Numbered from the stretch's first letter, positions 38,467 through 48,014 are shown. The stretch is DNA of 64,000 nucleotides from Candidatus Omnitrophota bacterium (GCA_022711115.1 JAKLFP010000009.1:4622-68621); one strand, 5' to 3'. Notes: generated by a model from the sequence alone, not told the origin. Translations and numbers: made by a program.

Positions 38467-38632
38467 GGCCCTCTCCCTTCATCCCGATACCAATGGTAGC
38501 GCGGGAAAGCACGAAAGTCAATAGAATAATGTATTATATTATACATACACATGTATTATTTTGAACAATTTAATGAGTCTTTTAATACATTTATTAATAA
38601 ATTTGCCCCTCGTCTCGTGTCCCGTTCCCCGT

Positions 38633-39400
38633 TCAATCCTCCGGAAGGAACGGCCCCAAACGCGTGACCATTTTTTCGATCATCGCATCGGACACCGTTT
38701 TTGCGTACACAATCCTTTCCAATTCGGTTTCTTTGTCTCTTTGAGCCCTTTGCCAATTTGCCTTTACATTCGAGTGCTTGATCGGGTTTCGGATTTCTTT
38801 GGCTGCGATCAACTTTCGCACCTCCGCCGCATCAAATTTGAATTGGTCGACAAGAAGCACCAGGTCATAAAAATCCCTATACCGGGCACGATCATTGGCT
38901 GCCCTTATTTTTTCAGCACAAATTTCGCGTTCATCCATGACCTTCACCCGGGCTTGAACGCCCCAGGCATTACGATAGTCCTTACTTTTTGCCGGCAATA
39001 CGACATTTTGTTTAAAATCGATCTCCACCTTCAGGGAGTTGGGCAATCCCAGCGGGCCGGCGTATTTCAACCGATCGATCTTAATCGTCGCACCGGAGAA
39101 ATATTCTTTCTTTACTTCCAAAAAATCATGGCCCAGAAAAACGGATTTGACTTCTTCCAGGGTGATGCGCGGATCCAGCGATGTGAAATCCAGGTCCTCC
39201 GAAAACCGGGTCTGCTCCAGATAACAATGATGAATGGCCGTCCCGCCCTTGAAGACCAGTTTTCCGGCCAGCGGGGATCCGTAAATGATCTTCGCAACCA
39301 CCGCTAAAAGATAATCTTTTTCAGCGACGGACAACTGATATTTCAGGGACCGTTTATTCAGGATGCTAAGCTGGGTTTTGGTCAATAAGACGATCATCAA
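38633..39400 (-). CDS. abiEii: AbiEii-family nucleotidyltransferase toxin, pair 4
   Basis: FKGGTAIHHCYLEQTRFSEDLDFTS motif. Confidence 0.85.
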   Translation of the reverse strand: MMIVLLTKTQLSILNKRSLKYQLSVAEKDYLLAVVAKIIYGSPLAGKLVFKGGTAIHHCYLEQTRFSEDLDFTSLDPRITLEEVKSVFLGHDFLEVKKEYFSGATIKIDRLKYAGPLGLPNSLKVEIDFKQNVVLPAKSKDYRNAWGVQARVKVMDEREICAEKIRAANDRARYRDFYDLVLLVDQFKFDAAEVRKLIAAKEIRNPIKHSNVKANWQRAQRDKETELERIVYAKTVSDAMIEKMVTRLGPFLPED

Positions 39401-40151
39401 AATACAGTCTCCATTTCGAATTGAACTGCTTTGCTTCCGGCGTCATCCTGCTAAAACTGGATTTTTTTTGTATTTTTCGCTCTAGCTCACCGGTGGGGAT
39501 CCCGAGACGGTCAAGAAAAAAACCGGTCTGCCGGATGACCTGATAATTGAATTTGGACGCATACTCTTTTAGCCGGTCAAAATCGATCTCCTTGCGGTAT
39601 TGCCGGAGCTTTTCCCATACCAGACTGGCGGCGTATCCCGACGGATTAAAATACAGCAGGTCCAGCATGGCCTTTTCAATACACGCAACCTGGAGGCTTC
39701 CCAAGTCGGACCGCTCGGGAGAAAATCCAAAAAAGAGCGCCTTCTTCACGCTAAAAAACCGTATCTCCCCGCCCTGGATCCTGTATCTTCCGGGTTTCTC
39801 AAAAGTGACTGCGCCAACGCTTTTGATCATCTGATCAAAGAGCCCGTGATACTGCAGCGCCCTTTCAAATGAAATATAGCAGTTTTTTTTGATGGCTTGG
39901 GCGATGGCATCCAGCGAGACGTCATTCGCCCCTCTGCTGCCAACATCCGTCATGACGACAAAAAGCCCCCGCTTGATCCGGATCAGCCAGCCAAGCTTTG
40001 TAAGAAGCGCAACGCGGTTGCGAATGACCGGATCCGATGTTTGCCCGGACAAAATTTCCCTGATTTGGGCAAAGGTCACAATGCGGCCATGGCGAGCGGT
40101 GATTTCCTCAAGTAATTCGTTTGTCTTATGAGACAGTATTGTTTTTTTCAT
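39366..40151 (-). CDS. abiEi: AbiEi-family antitoxin, pair 4
   Basis: N-terminal wHTH (GRIVTFAQIREIL...LTKLGWLIRIKRGLFVV). Upstream of and overlapping AbiEii. Confidence 0.8.
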   Translation of the reverse strand: MKKTILSHKTNELLEEITARHGRIVTFAQIREILSGQTSDPVIRNRVALLTKLGWLIRIKRGLFVVMTDVGSRGANDVSLDAIAQAIKKNCYISFERALQYHGLFDQMIKSVGAVTFEKPGRYRIQGGEIRFFSVKKALFFGFSPERSDLGSLQVACIEKAMLDLLYFNPSGYAASLVWEKLRQYRKEIDFDRLKEYASKFNYQVIRQTGFFLDRLGIPTGELERKIQKKSSFSRMTPEAKQFNSKWRLYFDDRLIDQNPA

Positions 40152-40530
40152 AGCTCAATAATAACTCTATTTGATTATTAACAAGTAATAAAATACACTA
40201 TTCCTTGTTATTTGTCAATTTCAAGGAGTTAAATTCCTTATTATTAATATATCCCACTACAGCTACTTTTTTTCCCATGAGTTCCGAATAGCCTTTCTCG
40301 TTCTTCATCGGTATTACTAAATGCAACCAAGATTTCGAATAGATATACTAAAGGAAATCATAAATTCTCGAAATTAAGTACCGACAGCGCCCCTCGCCCC
40401 GCGTCTCGCTCCCCGTTCTGCGCCGCCTTCGGCGATAAAAAAACCCGAATCCCCATGAAAGGAACTGCCTGGCTCATGAGATCATCGGGCTTGCTTCCCG
40501 CACAAAGCGCGGGTTACAGAAGCATGATGT

Positions 40531-40650
40531 ATGAAATATGAAGTACGAAGCCGGATGTATAAAAAAATGATCCGCTGTTCGCTTTTTCCTACTTCATACG
40601 TCTTACCTCATACTTCGTACCTCTTACCTCTTACTTCTTAATCCTTACTT
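40531..40650. repeat. GAAGTA(A/T)GA / TCTTACTTC palindromic intergenic repeat (representative copy)
   Basis: Purine-rich arm and complementary pyrimidine-rich arm. Related copies at 4500..4625, 8505..8570, 15379..15440, 41700..41790, 44641..44705 and 47845..48000. Half-copies at 6772..6800, 7240..7305, 12440..12470, 17560..17600 and 25600..25680. Confidence 0.7.
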
Positions 40651-40651
40651 C

Positions 40652-41707
40652 TTATTTCAAAAACGTGCGCTGCCACCAATTGTTGAACCGTTCTTCAAGC
40701 GACGTGAACCTTTTCCCGGTATTCCGGAGGTGGTTCATGGCCTTTTCCTTGATCGGCTGTTTGAGCATCTTCCCGGAATCATCGTAATACTCATAGCCGT
40801 AATATTTATAGTCCGCGGTCTGGAATTCCACGTTGGTCAGGACATAGCCGAGCATCTTCACCGCGGTCTGTTTGAAAAGGGTGTGCGCGTGGGCCACAAT
40901 GCTTTTGGGCGTGCGGCCGATCTGGATGACAAAAAGCACGCCGTCGACTTCCGAGGCCATGATGCCGGCATCGGCGGTCGCGAGAATGGGCGGCGCGTCC
41001 ACGATAATATAATCGAAATGGTTGCGCAGGCCCTGGATCAGGTAATGGAATTTTTCCGAGCCGACCAGTTCTCCCGCGACCTTGGAGACACGCCCGCGCG
41101 GGATGATGAAAAGGTTCGGCCTGGAATTCTTGACCATGACTTGCTGAGGGCTCATGTCCGAGGACAGAAGGTCCGAGAGGCCGTCCGCGACCTTGAAACC
41201 CAGATAATCCGCCACTTTGCCGCGCCGCAGGTCCGCATCGATCAACGCGACCCTGGTTTTGCCGTCTTCGGCCAGCGAATAGGCCAGGTTCACGGCCGTG
41301 AGCGTCTTGCCTTCCGAATGGGTGGAGCTCGAGATCAAGATCACTTTCGCGTTTTCGTTGTTCATTTTGGCCTTGAGCCGGGTACGGAGCATGCGGTACT
41401 GTTCGCTGATCATGGATTCCGGGAACATCAGCGACACGACGCGGTTGTCCGTGTTCGCGTGTTTGATGGTGGTGATGCGGTTTTCCCATTCGTCAAACGA
41501 GGGATGACCGGCGCTTTTGATCACGCGTTCTTCCTTGAAAGACGCGTCAACGCCGTTTTCGTTCCCGCCTTCGGCTTGTGCCGCGGGGTCCGTTATTTTG
41601 TTTTCCCGTTCCTGCTGGGCTTTTTCTAATGCTTTCGTGTATTTGCTCATAAGTTGTTTTTTATCCTCTTCCTTGATCCTTGTCGCTTTTTGTTGCGTCA
41701 AGATCAA
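40652..41707 (-). CDS. Polysaccharide-biosynthesis tyrosine autokinase (BY-kinase, CpsD/EpsG-like)
   Basis: Walker A SSTHSEGKT. Walker A' VALIDADLRRG. Walker B DYIIVDAPP. C-terminal Tyr cluster DYKYYGYEYYDD. Confidence 0.8.
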   Translation of the reverse strand: MILTQQKATRIKEEDKKQLMSKYTKALEKAQQERENKITDPAAQAEGGNENGVDASFKEERVIKSAGHPSFDEWENRITTIKHANTDNRVVSLMFPESMISEQYRMLRTRLKAKMNNENAKVILISSSTHSEGKTLTAVNLAYSLAEDGKTRVALIDADLRRGKVADYLGFKVADGLSDLLSSDMSPQQVMVKNSRPNLFIIPRGRVSKVAGELVGSEKFHYLIQGLRNHFDYIIVDAPPILATADAGIMASEVDGVLFVIQIGRTPKSIVAHAHTLFKQTAVKMLGYVLTNVEFQTADYKYYGYEYYDDSGKMLKQPIKEKAMNHLRNTGKRFTSLEERFNNWWQRTFLK

Positions 41708-41802
41708 AACTCTCGTTTTGAAGAAGTAAGAGGTAAGATAAAAGCTGTTTCTTATTTCTTAATTCTTACTTCTTATTTCTTACTTCTCGGCGCTTTCCGC
41801 CG

Positions 41803-42633
41803 CTACGCCTTCTGGGCGTAAAGAAGTTCATCGCCTACTTCCTTGATCATGTCGCGGCTGATCTGCTGGGCTTCCGAGACATAGCCCGTCAGAAGCGCGG
41901 AATCGCACAAGTGATTGATCACCCGCGGGATCCCCCCGGACATCTGGTAAATGGCCTGGAGCGCTTCCTCGGTAAAAAGATTTTCATAAGAACGTCCGTT
42001 GGACCTCGCGGCCTCCAAACGGTGCAGGATATACTTGCGCGCATCGGCTTCGCTGAGCGGATGAATGTGATACTGGACCGCCACGCGCTGGCGCAACTGG
42101 CGCAGGGACGGCATCTCGAGTTTCTTGCGGAGCTCGGGCTGGCCGATCAAAATGATCTGCAGGAGTTTTTCCTTTTCGGTCTCCAGATTGGAAAGCATCC
42201 GGACCTCTTCCAGACAGGCCGGCGAAAGATTTTGCGCCTCGTCGATAATCAGGACATCGTTCTGGTTTTTCTGGAGCTGCTGGATCAGGTAGGTGTTCAG
42301 CTGGATCAGCAGTTTTTCCTTCGAGCCGTTGACATATTGCACGCCGAGATCGTCCAGGATCATGGTAATGACGCCCTTGGGACTTAAGTAGGTGTTAAAG
42401 ATCGATACGGTCTGGACATTCCGGTCCACGGAACGCAGGAGCCGGCGCGCGACCGTGGTCTTGCCGCAGCCGACCTCGCCGGTCAGGACAATAAAACCCT
42501 TGCGTTCGCCGATGGCGTAAAGCAGCGCGTTGAGCGCGGTCTGATGATATTCGGAAGCGAAAAAAAACGACGGGTCCGGCGTCTGGTTGAAGGGTTTCTC
42601 TTTGAATCCGTAAAATTGATTATACATAAGCAA
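41803..42633 (-). CDS. ExeA-like AAA ATPase (XrtA/PEP-CTERM-system-associated ATPase type)
   Basis: GFIVLTGEVGCGKTT Walker A. VLIIDEAQNL Walker B. About 276 aa, typical of TIGR03015-type EPS-locus ATPases. Confidence 0.7.
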   Translation of the reverse strand: MLMYNQFYGFKEKPFNQTPDPSFFFASEYHQTALNALLYAIGERKGFIVLTGEVGCGKTTVARRLLRSVDRNVQTVSIFNTYLSPKGVITMILDDLGVQYVNGSKEKLLIQLNTYLIQQLQKNQNDVLIIDEAQNLSPACLEEVRMLSNLETEKEKLLQIILIGQPELRKKLEMPSLRQLRQRVAVQYHIHPLSEADARKYILHRLEAARSNGRSYENLFTEEALQAIYQMSGGIPRVINHLCDSALLTGYVSEAQQISRDMIKEVGDELLYAQKA

Positions 42634-43021
42634 CCTTCCCCTTCCATAAGTCTTCCGGAGCCGCCTGATTCACGCAGGCATCACGCTGGCTCTCGAGCTC
42701 GCTGATCTTTTTTTCCGCTGCAATCACGTGCGGGTCTGTTCCCGCATGTTTCGCGAGCATTTTGAGCAAACCGGTCCGGAGTCGGATGATGCACAGCGAA
42801 TATTTGATTTTCGCGAAACGGATTTCCCAATCACCGTCCCGGGAATGGCAGGCGTTTTCGACTTTATCCGTGATCGAGCCTCCGTCTCCGGGATAGGCTG
42901 TGTCCATCCACTGTTTGTTTTCCCGTTCGCGCTGGGCTTTTTCCAATGCCTGTGTAAATTTACTCATAATTGTTTTTATTTCATCCTCTTCCTTGATCCT
43001 TGTCGCTTTCTGTTGCGCCAA
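42620..43021 (-). CDS. Small protein (133 aa) whose N-terminus duplicates the BY-kinase N-terminus; either a gene fragment or a small regulatory paralog
   Basis: MAQQKATRIKEEDEIKTIMSKFTQALEKAQRERENK compares with MILTQQKATRIKEEDKKQLMSKYTKALEKAQQERENK. About 110 bp of nucleotide similarity (42908..43022 versus 41587..41700). Confidence 0.4.
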   Translation of the reverse strand: MAQQKATRIKEEDEIKTIMSKFTQALEKAQRERENKQWMDTAYPGDGGSITDKVENACHSRDGDWEIRFAKIKYSLCIIRLRTGLLKMLAKHAGTDPHVIAAEKKISELESQRDACVNQAAPEDLWKGKVAYV

Positions 43022-43198
43022 AATTAAAATCCTAAATTCTAATTTTCCGCCAGACAGCGTCGGCGGATCCGTCCACGATTTGTGGCGGCACTGGCTGTCT
43101 ATTAAAAATTCTATCGAACGCTAGTGCCGCACTAAACTTCCTATAAATTTTAAAGAGTCGTTCAGTGCGGACTTACTTCTCTTACTTCCTATCCGTTT

Positions 43199-43284
43199 GT
43201 CATTGCGAGGGCGATTTTTGCCCGAAGCAATCTCGTTTTTAAAACAGATCGCCACGTCGCCCCTTAGGGGCTCCTCGCGATGAC
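43199..43284. repeat. Conserved upstream element with 12-bp inverted repeat (GTCATTGCGAGG ... CCTCGCGATGAC); partial second copy at 44610..44636
   Basis: TTTGTCATTGCGAGGGCGATTTTTGCC is shared by both copies. Each lies upstream of a minus-strand eps gene start (42620..43021 ORF; chain-length determinant). Confidence 0.6.
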
Positions 43285-43338
43285 AGCTTTGTTAGCCGCT
43301 CTTGCTGCTCGGCGTTTTTCACCGCTTCAGCCAACCCT

Positions 43339-44553
43339 CTATCCATGCGCCCCGGCCTTCAAGGCTTCTCCCATCAAAAGTTCTTCGGGCCGGATGGGAG
43401 AAATGGATCCCAAGATCGGCTTTTCCAGAAGGTTCCGGGCCTCTTCCGCGTTGCGGATCGAGGTATCGCTGACATCAATCAGATAAACCAGCACCACGCC
43501 CAGGGCGATCCCGATAAAAAGACCGCCCAACATAAAGAGCGGTTTGTTGGGTTTCACCGGCACAAGCGGCAGACGCGCGGGTTCCAGGACCTTGAATTTG
43601 GTCCCTTTGTCCGATTTTTCCAGCGTTTGCGAGATCTTCGCGGTCTCGAGGCGCTGTAAAAGTTTCTGATAGAGTTCACTGTTCACCTGATAGTCGCGCT
43701 GCAGTTTGGCGAGCTGCTGCTCCTGGAGCGGGACGCTGGTGACGAGCTTGGCATATTCCTCCGGCGTGATTTTGGCCCCTTCCTGGGTCGCCTGTTGCAT
43801 GTAGGAATCGCGCTGGCCTTCAAGCTGGCTGATCAATTTCTTGGTCGCGACCACGCGCGGGTGCTCTTCCGTGTTGTCCACGAGCATGTTCTGCAGATCG
43901 ATCTTCAGCTGGACGATCTGCTCGTTCATCCGGGTCGCCACCGGCAGGGTGTTGCCGTAGATCTCGCGGAATTCGCGCAATTTCTGTTCGGAGAGTTCCA
44001 ATTTGCCGCGGTATTCGTCCAGCTGATCCTGGATGAAACGGATGGCGCTGTTGGCCTCGAGGTCCGCGGTCGCGATCGTTCCGTGGATGATGATGTCGGC
44101 GAGTGTCTGGACGATCGCCTGCGCCTTTTGGGGTTCCCTGCCTTCGTAAGCCACCGTGATGATGTCGCCGCCCTTGAAACGGACCGCGATACTTTCCCGC
44201 AAATGTTTGATGAGTTTTTCAAATTCGACCGGATTCTTGGCCCTGTCATTGAGCTTCAGTTTTTCCACGACGAGTGTCAGGCGCTGCCAGGCCAGGAGTT
44301 CTTCCTTCAGGGTGCGCATGCGCGACGCCGCCGAAGGCGAAATGGCAAGGCCCGCGATCAGCGGGTTCAGCAGTTTTTGATCCTCCACCAAAAGCACCGT
44401 CTCGGCGCGGTACATCTTCGGCAGCGCAAAGGCGAGGATGGCCGCGATCAAAAAGCACACGACCATGCTGGTGAAGAGCCAGAACTTATGGCGCACGACC
44501 ATATAGTAATATTCACGAATCCTGAATGTTTGACCGATCTGATCGATATTCAT
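43339..44553 (-). CDS. Polysaccharide chain-length determinant protein (Wzz/GumC family, PEP-CTERM-locus type)
   Basis: N-terminal TM (FWLFTSMVVCFLIAAILAFALP), long coiled-coil periplasmic region, C-terminal TM (LFMLGGLFIGIALGVVLVYLIDV). Confidence 0.75.
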   Translation of the reverse strand: MNIDQIGQTFRIREYYYMVVRHKFWLFTSMVVCFLIAAILAFALPKMYRAETVLLVEDQKLLNPLIAGLAISPSAASRMRTLKEELLAWQRLTLVVEKLKLNDRAKNPVEFEKLIKHLRESIAVRFKGGDIITVAYEGREPQKAQAIVQTLADIIIHGTIATADLEANSAIRFIQDQLDEYRGKLELSEQKLREFREIYGNTLPVATRMNEQIVQLKIDLQNMLVDNTEEHPRVVATKKLISQLEGQRDSYMQQATQEGAKITPEEYAKLVTSVPLQEQQLAKLQRDYQVNSELYQKLLQRLETAKISQTLEKSDKGTKFKVLEPARLPLVPVKPNKPLFMLGGLFIGIALGVVLVYLIDVSDTSIRNAEEARNLLEKPILGSISPIRPEELLMGEALKAGAHG

Positions 44554-44861
44554 AATTTTTTCTTCTGACCCCTTTTCTTAATTTCTTATTATTTCTTACT
44601 TCCTACCAGTTTGTCATTGCGAGGGCGATTTTTGCCACCGCCAGAAGTCTGAAGTAAGATGTATGAAGTAAGATTTTTTCATACTTCCTACCTCCTATTT
44701 CATACTTCCTATTTCTTATTCAATCATGTCCCACAAATTCAAAAAAACACGGCTGACAACCCGGCCGGCCATGACAAGCAGGCCGAGAAAATAAATCCGC
44801 CGGTACGAAGACATCTCGTGGGCCCAATGCCAACATGTGTGAAAAATTTTTGCATTTTTCA

Positions 44862-45926
44862 TTATTTATCCGATCGGAAGAAACCGCCGTTGCTGTCTCC
44901 CCAGCCTAGTTCATACACCGCGGCCGTTTGAAACACGGGGCCGACAATCTTGCTGTAGCCATCGACAAAGATATCGAAATACCGGCGGTCGACCACAATG
45001 GTATCGCCGGGCTGAAGCACGAAGTCCTGCGCGGACTCCCCTTTTTGCAATAATTTCTTCAAATTGATTTTGCGCGACGTCGGTTTGCCGTCCGCGTTGA
45101 ACTTGCCAGGTCTGACCACGTAGACGCGCTTCGTGGCGGCATCCATGCGCGGCAATCCGGCGGCCACGACCGCGTCTTTCACGGTGATCTGGTCGCCCTT
45201 CATGGCAAATTTACCGGGATTGTTGACATAGCCGATCACATAAACTGCCTTACTGCGGTATTCGGAGATCATGACAGCGACTTCGGGGTTACGGATGTAT
45301 TTTTTCAGCCCGTTGACGATGTCGGCCTTTAACTGTCCCTTGGTCTTGCCGTCTGCTTTGATGTCGCCGACAAAGGTATATTGAATGTTCCCTTCCGGAT
45401 CAATGGCGAACCGTCCGGAAAAATCCGGCTGGTCCCGGACCACAATGGTGACCACGTCATCAATGCCGAGGATATATTTGGAATTTTCACCGACGATTTC
45501 CATATAAGGCGAGTAATGAGAAAAAGGCGAAACTTCGGAGGCCCCATACGGGTCCGCCGCGGATTTTAACGCGGGATTGACCGGCAAATCCGGCCCCTGC
45601 GCAAAACCCGCCTGCATCGCGCGTTTGTTGCTATTCGTATAAGGTGATTTCATGAAACTCGCATACTGCGAAAACTGGGCATCATAGCGGGTGGAATGGG
45701 TCACGGGCACGAGCAGACTGTCGGTCGGGACAACGGTCGGGACCTGCGTCCCGGACGGGTCGTCATCCTGTTTCAGGAGCGGGTCTCCGGCATAGGCCGT
45801 CGAGTGAAAAAACACAACGGCCAGAACTAGGCCGGCGGCTGTCACTTTTTTGATCATGGCATGAACGTTCATGGATCGTTTGCTCCTCTTCCTCTGTCCC
45901 TCAGGCTTTCCCGGACTAAATTTCAT
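44862..45926 (-). CDS. Polysaccharide export protein (Wza/EpsE-like, SLBB domains)
   Basis: Signal peptide. LQPGDTIVV motif characteristic of polysaccharide-export (Poly_export/SLBB) proteins. Confidence 0.8.
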   Translation of the reverse strand: MKFSPGKPEGQRKRSKRSMNVHAMIKKVTAAGLVLAVVFFHSTAYAGDPLLKQDDDPSGTQVPTVVPTDSLLVPVTHSTRYDAQFSQYASFMKSPYTNSNKRAMQAGFAQGPDLPVNPALKSAADPYGASEVSPFSHYSPYMEIVGENSKYILGIDDVVTIVVRDQPDFSGRFAIDPEGNIQYTFVGDIKADGKTKGQLKADIVNGLKKYIRNPEVAVMISEYRSKAVYVIGYVNNPGKFAMKGDQITVKDAVVAAGLPRMDAATKRVYVVRPGKFNADGKPTSRKINLKKLLQKGESAQDFVLQPGDTIVVDRRYFDIFVDGYSKIVGPVFQTAAVYELGWGDSNGGFFRSDK

Positions 45927-46101
45927 AAACTGAATTCAGCAGCCGGTGAATATGCTGAAAATCCTCCTCTGCGTAAATCCTCCAGCCTTTCCAATTGCGC
46001 TTGGGCTTGCGGATCTTACCGGTCTTTTCCCAGCGAATGATCGTTTTAGGCGTGAGCCCTGTTTTATCTGCGAGTTCGGTGATGGTCATACAATCCTCCA
46101 A
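45916..46101 (-). CDS. Small MerR/excisionase-type HTH protein
   Basis: MTITELADKTGLTPKTIIRWEKTGKI HTH. 61 aa. Confidence 0.5.
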   Translation of the reverse strand: MEDCMTITELADKTGLTPKTIIRWEKTGKIRKPKRNWKGWRIYAEEDFQHIHRLLNSVYEI

Positions 46102-46711
46102 CTTGATCCTCCAGTCTTAAAAAAATTTGATTTTTATGCTTCTATACTTATGATTTTGCCTGGTACGATGCCTTTCTCGCCCGATAGAGAGAAAGGAAAC
46201 CATTCCGAGCGAATCAAAATGTCCGGGTATTTCCTATAACTTCACGGTAGGTAACAGACAAAGCACGTTTCATGCCAATTTAATTGAATCGAGGCATATT
46301 TTTGAGGGGCTCTGGAATTGTATTCTAAAAATCATTTGCAAAATATTTTATTTGTTTTAAATGGCAGCCTCAAAAACCGTCCTCTTAAAATGAAATGATT
46401 GATTTTTAAAACAAGAAAAATTGTTTTTTTTGTAAAATGTTTCTATGAATGAAGTTAACATGCGTTTAAAAAATTGGACACCTGCGGACACTCGTTTTTT
46501 TATCCAATGACTAGAAATATGAACGGAAAGGAAGCGATGCTATAAATTGCTTTATGAACGTAACACGTCCCACGAGCCACGCACCACGATTCACGTGTTC
46601 GAATGCGGAATGGGGAATGTAACGGCAAAACGGAGTAACGGGCGTGTGGCTTGTGGCATGCAGCCTGTGTCGTGCGGCTTGTGGCCGTGTGTCGTGTGGC
46701 CTGGCGTGGAG

Positions 46712-47500
46712 CTACGCCAGCCGGGTGCGGCGGTATAGCAGAAAGAGGCCGAGTCCCACAAACAGAAGAAAATAGGTCTGAGGCTCCGGATTCAGAACAG
46801 GACGAACGTGCAAATCAAGCGCATCGTTGCCGCATCCCATGGTCCAATGAACGGTAAAATCAGGATTCCAATACGTCACAGCGTCCCAATAGGCACCGAA
46901 AAGCGCGATGTTGATCCCGTATTCATAAACATAATGCCCGTTGCCGATGTTGGCATAGCCAAACAGAACATCACTGAGCAGAGGGTCCCCCGCATCGATC
47001 CCTCCCAAGAGACGGCACGGGCCGCTATCATAGTAGGGGAAGCTCCACGTCGCGTTCCTCAACAGATTCCCCCGTGTCGCAGTGGAATTATAGCTGTCTA
47101 ATTTGACGCCGAATTCATAAGAAGTATCGCTCCCCATATCAATGGCCAAGTCACCGGCTCCCCAACCCCTTGCGCCAGTGATCGGGAAACCCGTGACAAG
47201 CGCAAAATAGGCGATATCCGCTTCCCGTTTGAAATACAATGCTTCGACGTCAAACTGCTGGCCACCCCAGCCGGGATTCAGGTAGTCCACACTGGGATTC
47301 TGATCTTCAGAAATATACGAGACTCCGGCGCCGGGCGCCCATTGAGCCTGTGATCCGTTATAAGCTCCGGGAGTCACTCCCCAGTCGGAAAGGGATCCGT
47401 CAACCACCATAGCCGCGGACGCAAACGGAGAAAAAACAAAGCACGAGAATATCAAAGCAAAGAAACTAATCACACAGCTCAAATCCTTAAGTTTTTTCAT
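46712..47500 (-). CDS. PEP-CTERM sorting-domain protein (secreted; predicted exosortase substrate)
   Basis: N-terminal signal peptide. C-terminal PEP motif followed by TM and basic tail: VLNPEPQTYFLLFVGLGLFLLYRRTRLA. Confidence 0.8.
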   Translation of the reverse strand: MKKLKDLSCVISFFALIFSCFVFSPFASAAMVVDGSLSDWGVTPGAYNGSQAQWAPGAGVSYISEDQNPSVDYLNPGWGGQQFDVEALYFKREADIAYFALVTGFPITGARGWGAGDLAIDMGSDTSYEFGVKLDSYNSTATRGNLLRNATWSFPYYDSGPCRLLGGIDAGDPLLSDVLFGYANIGNGHYVYEYGINIALFGAYWDAVTYWNPDFTVHWTMGCGNDALDLHVRPVLNPEPQTYFLLFVGLGLFLLYRRTRLA

Positions 47501-47582
47501 ATATATTCCTCAGTTTTTCTTCCCCCTCAATCATTATGACTAGATAGAATACGGAAACCAAATTTACAAAGCATATTTCGTG

Positions 47583-47597
47583 GCATATTTCGTGCCA
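47583..47597 (-). promoter_or_regulatory. Candidate sigma-54 (-24/-12) promoter upstream of the PEP-CTERM protein gene
   Basis: Minus-strand TGGCACgaaatATGC matches the GG-N10-GC spacing and the TGGCAC half-site. About 85-95 nt upstream of the start codon at 47500. Confidence 0.3.
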
Positions 47598-48014
47598 AAA
47601 AGGCATAATAATTTAAGAATCTTAACGTTTCAAAAATTGTAGAGACAGATCAGCCGGAAAATATATTTTTCCTTCAGAGGTGGTCCGATTCACATACACT
47701 TTGAGGTAAAGCGAATGCTCTATTTTTTAGACAGAATAACACTGTTTTTCTTTAACCTGTTTTAAGAAAACAATTTAGCCCATGTCTAAAATGCTAAACG
47801 TTTTCAAGCCTTGATTTCATCTTTGGCAAATAATATGAAAAAAGAAGCACGAAGTATGAAATAGGAGGTAGGATACATGAAAAATCTTACTTCATACATC
47901 TTACTTCAGACTTCTAGCGTCGGTAAAAGACACCGAGAAGTAAGAAATACACTCTACGCTGCGCTCCGAGTGCGACGGAAAGCGTCGAGAAGTAAGAGAT
48001 AGGAAAGTTTAGCT

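Noticed and set aside
40730-41629. 299-aa + strand ORF inside the BY-kinase gene, and similar long antisense ORFs (43795..44568, 14266..15272, 5319..5846, 7320..7949)
   Set aside because: They are antisense to well-supported minus-strand genes with clear motifs and have biased, low-complexity composition.
46100-46710. A 600-bp AT-rich non-coding region considered for tRNA or small RNA genes
   Set aside because: No cloverleaf-compatible sequence was found. It looks like the promoter/leader region of the divergent EPS export operon.
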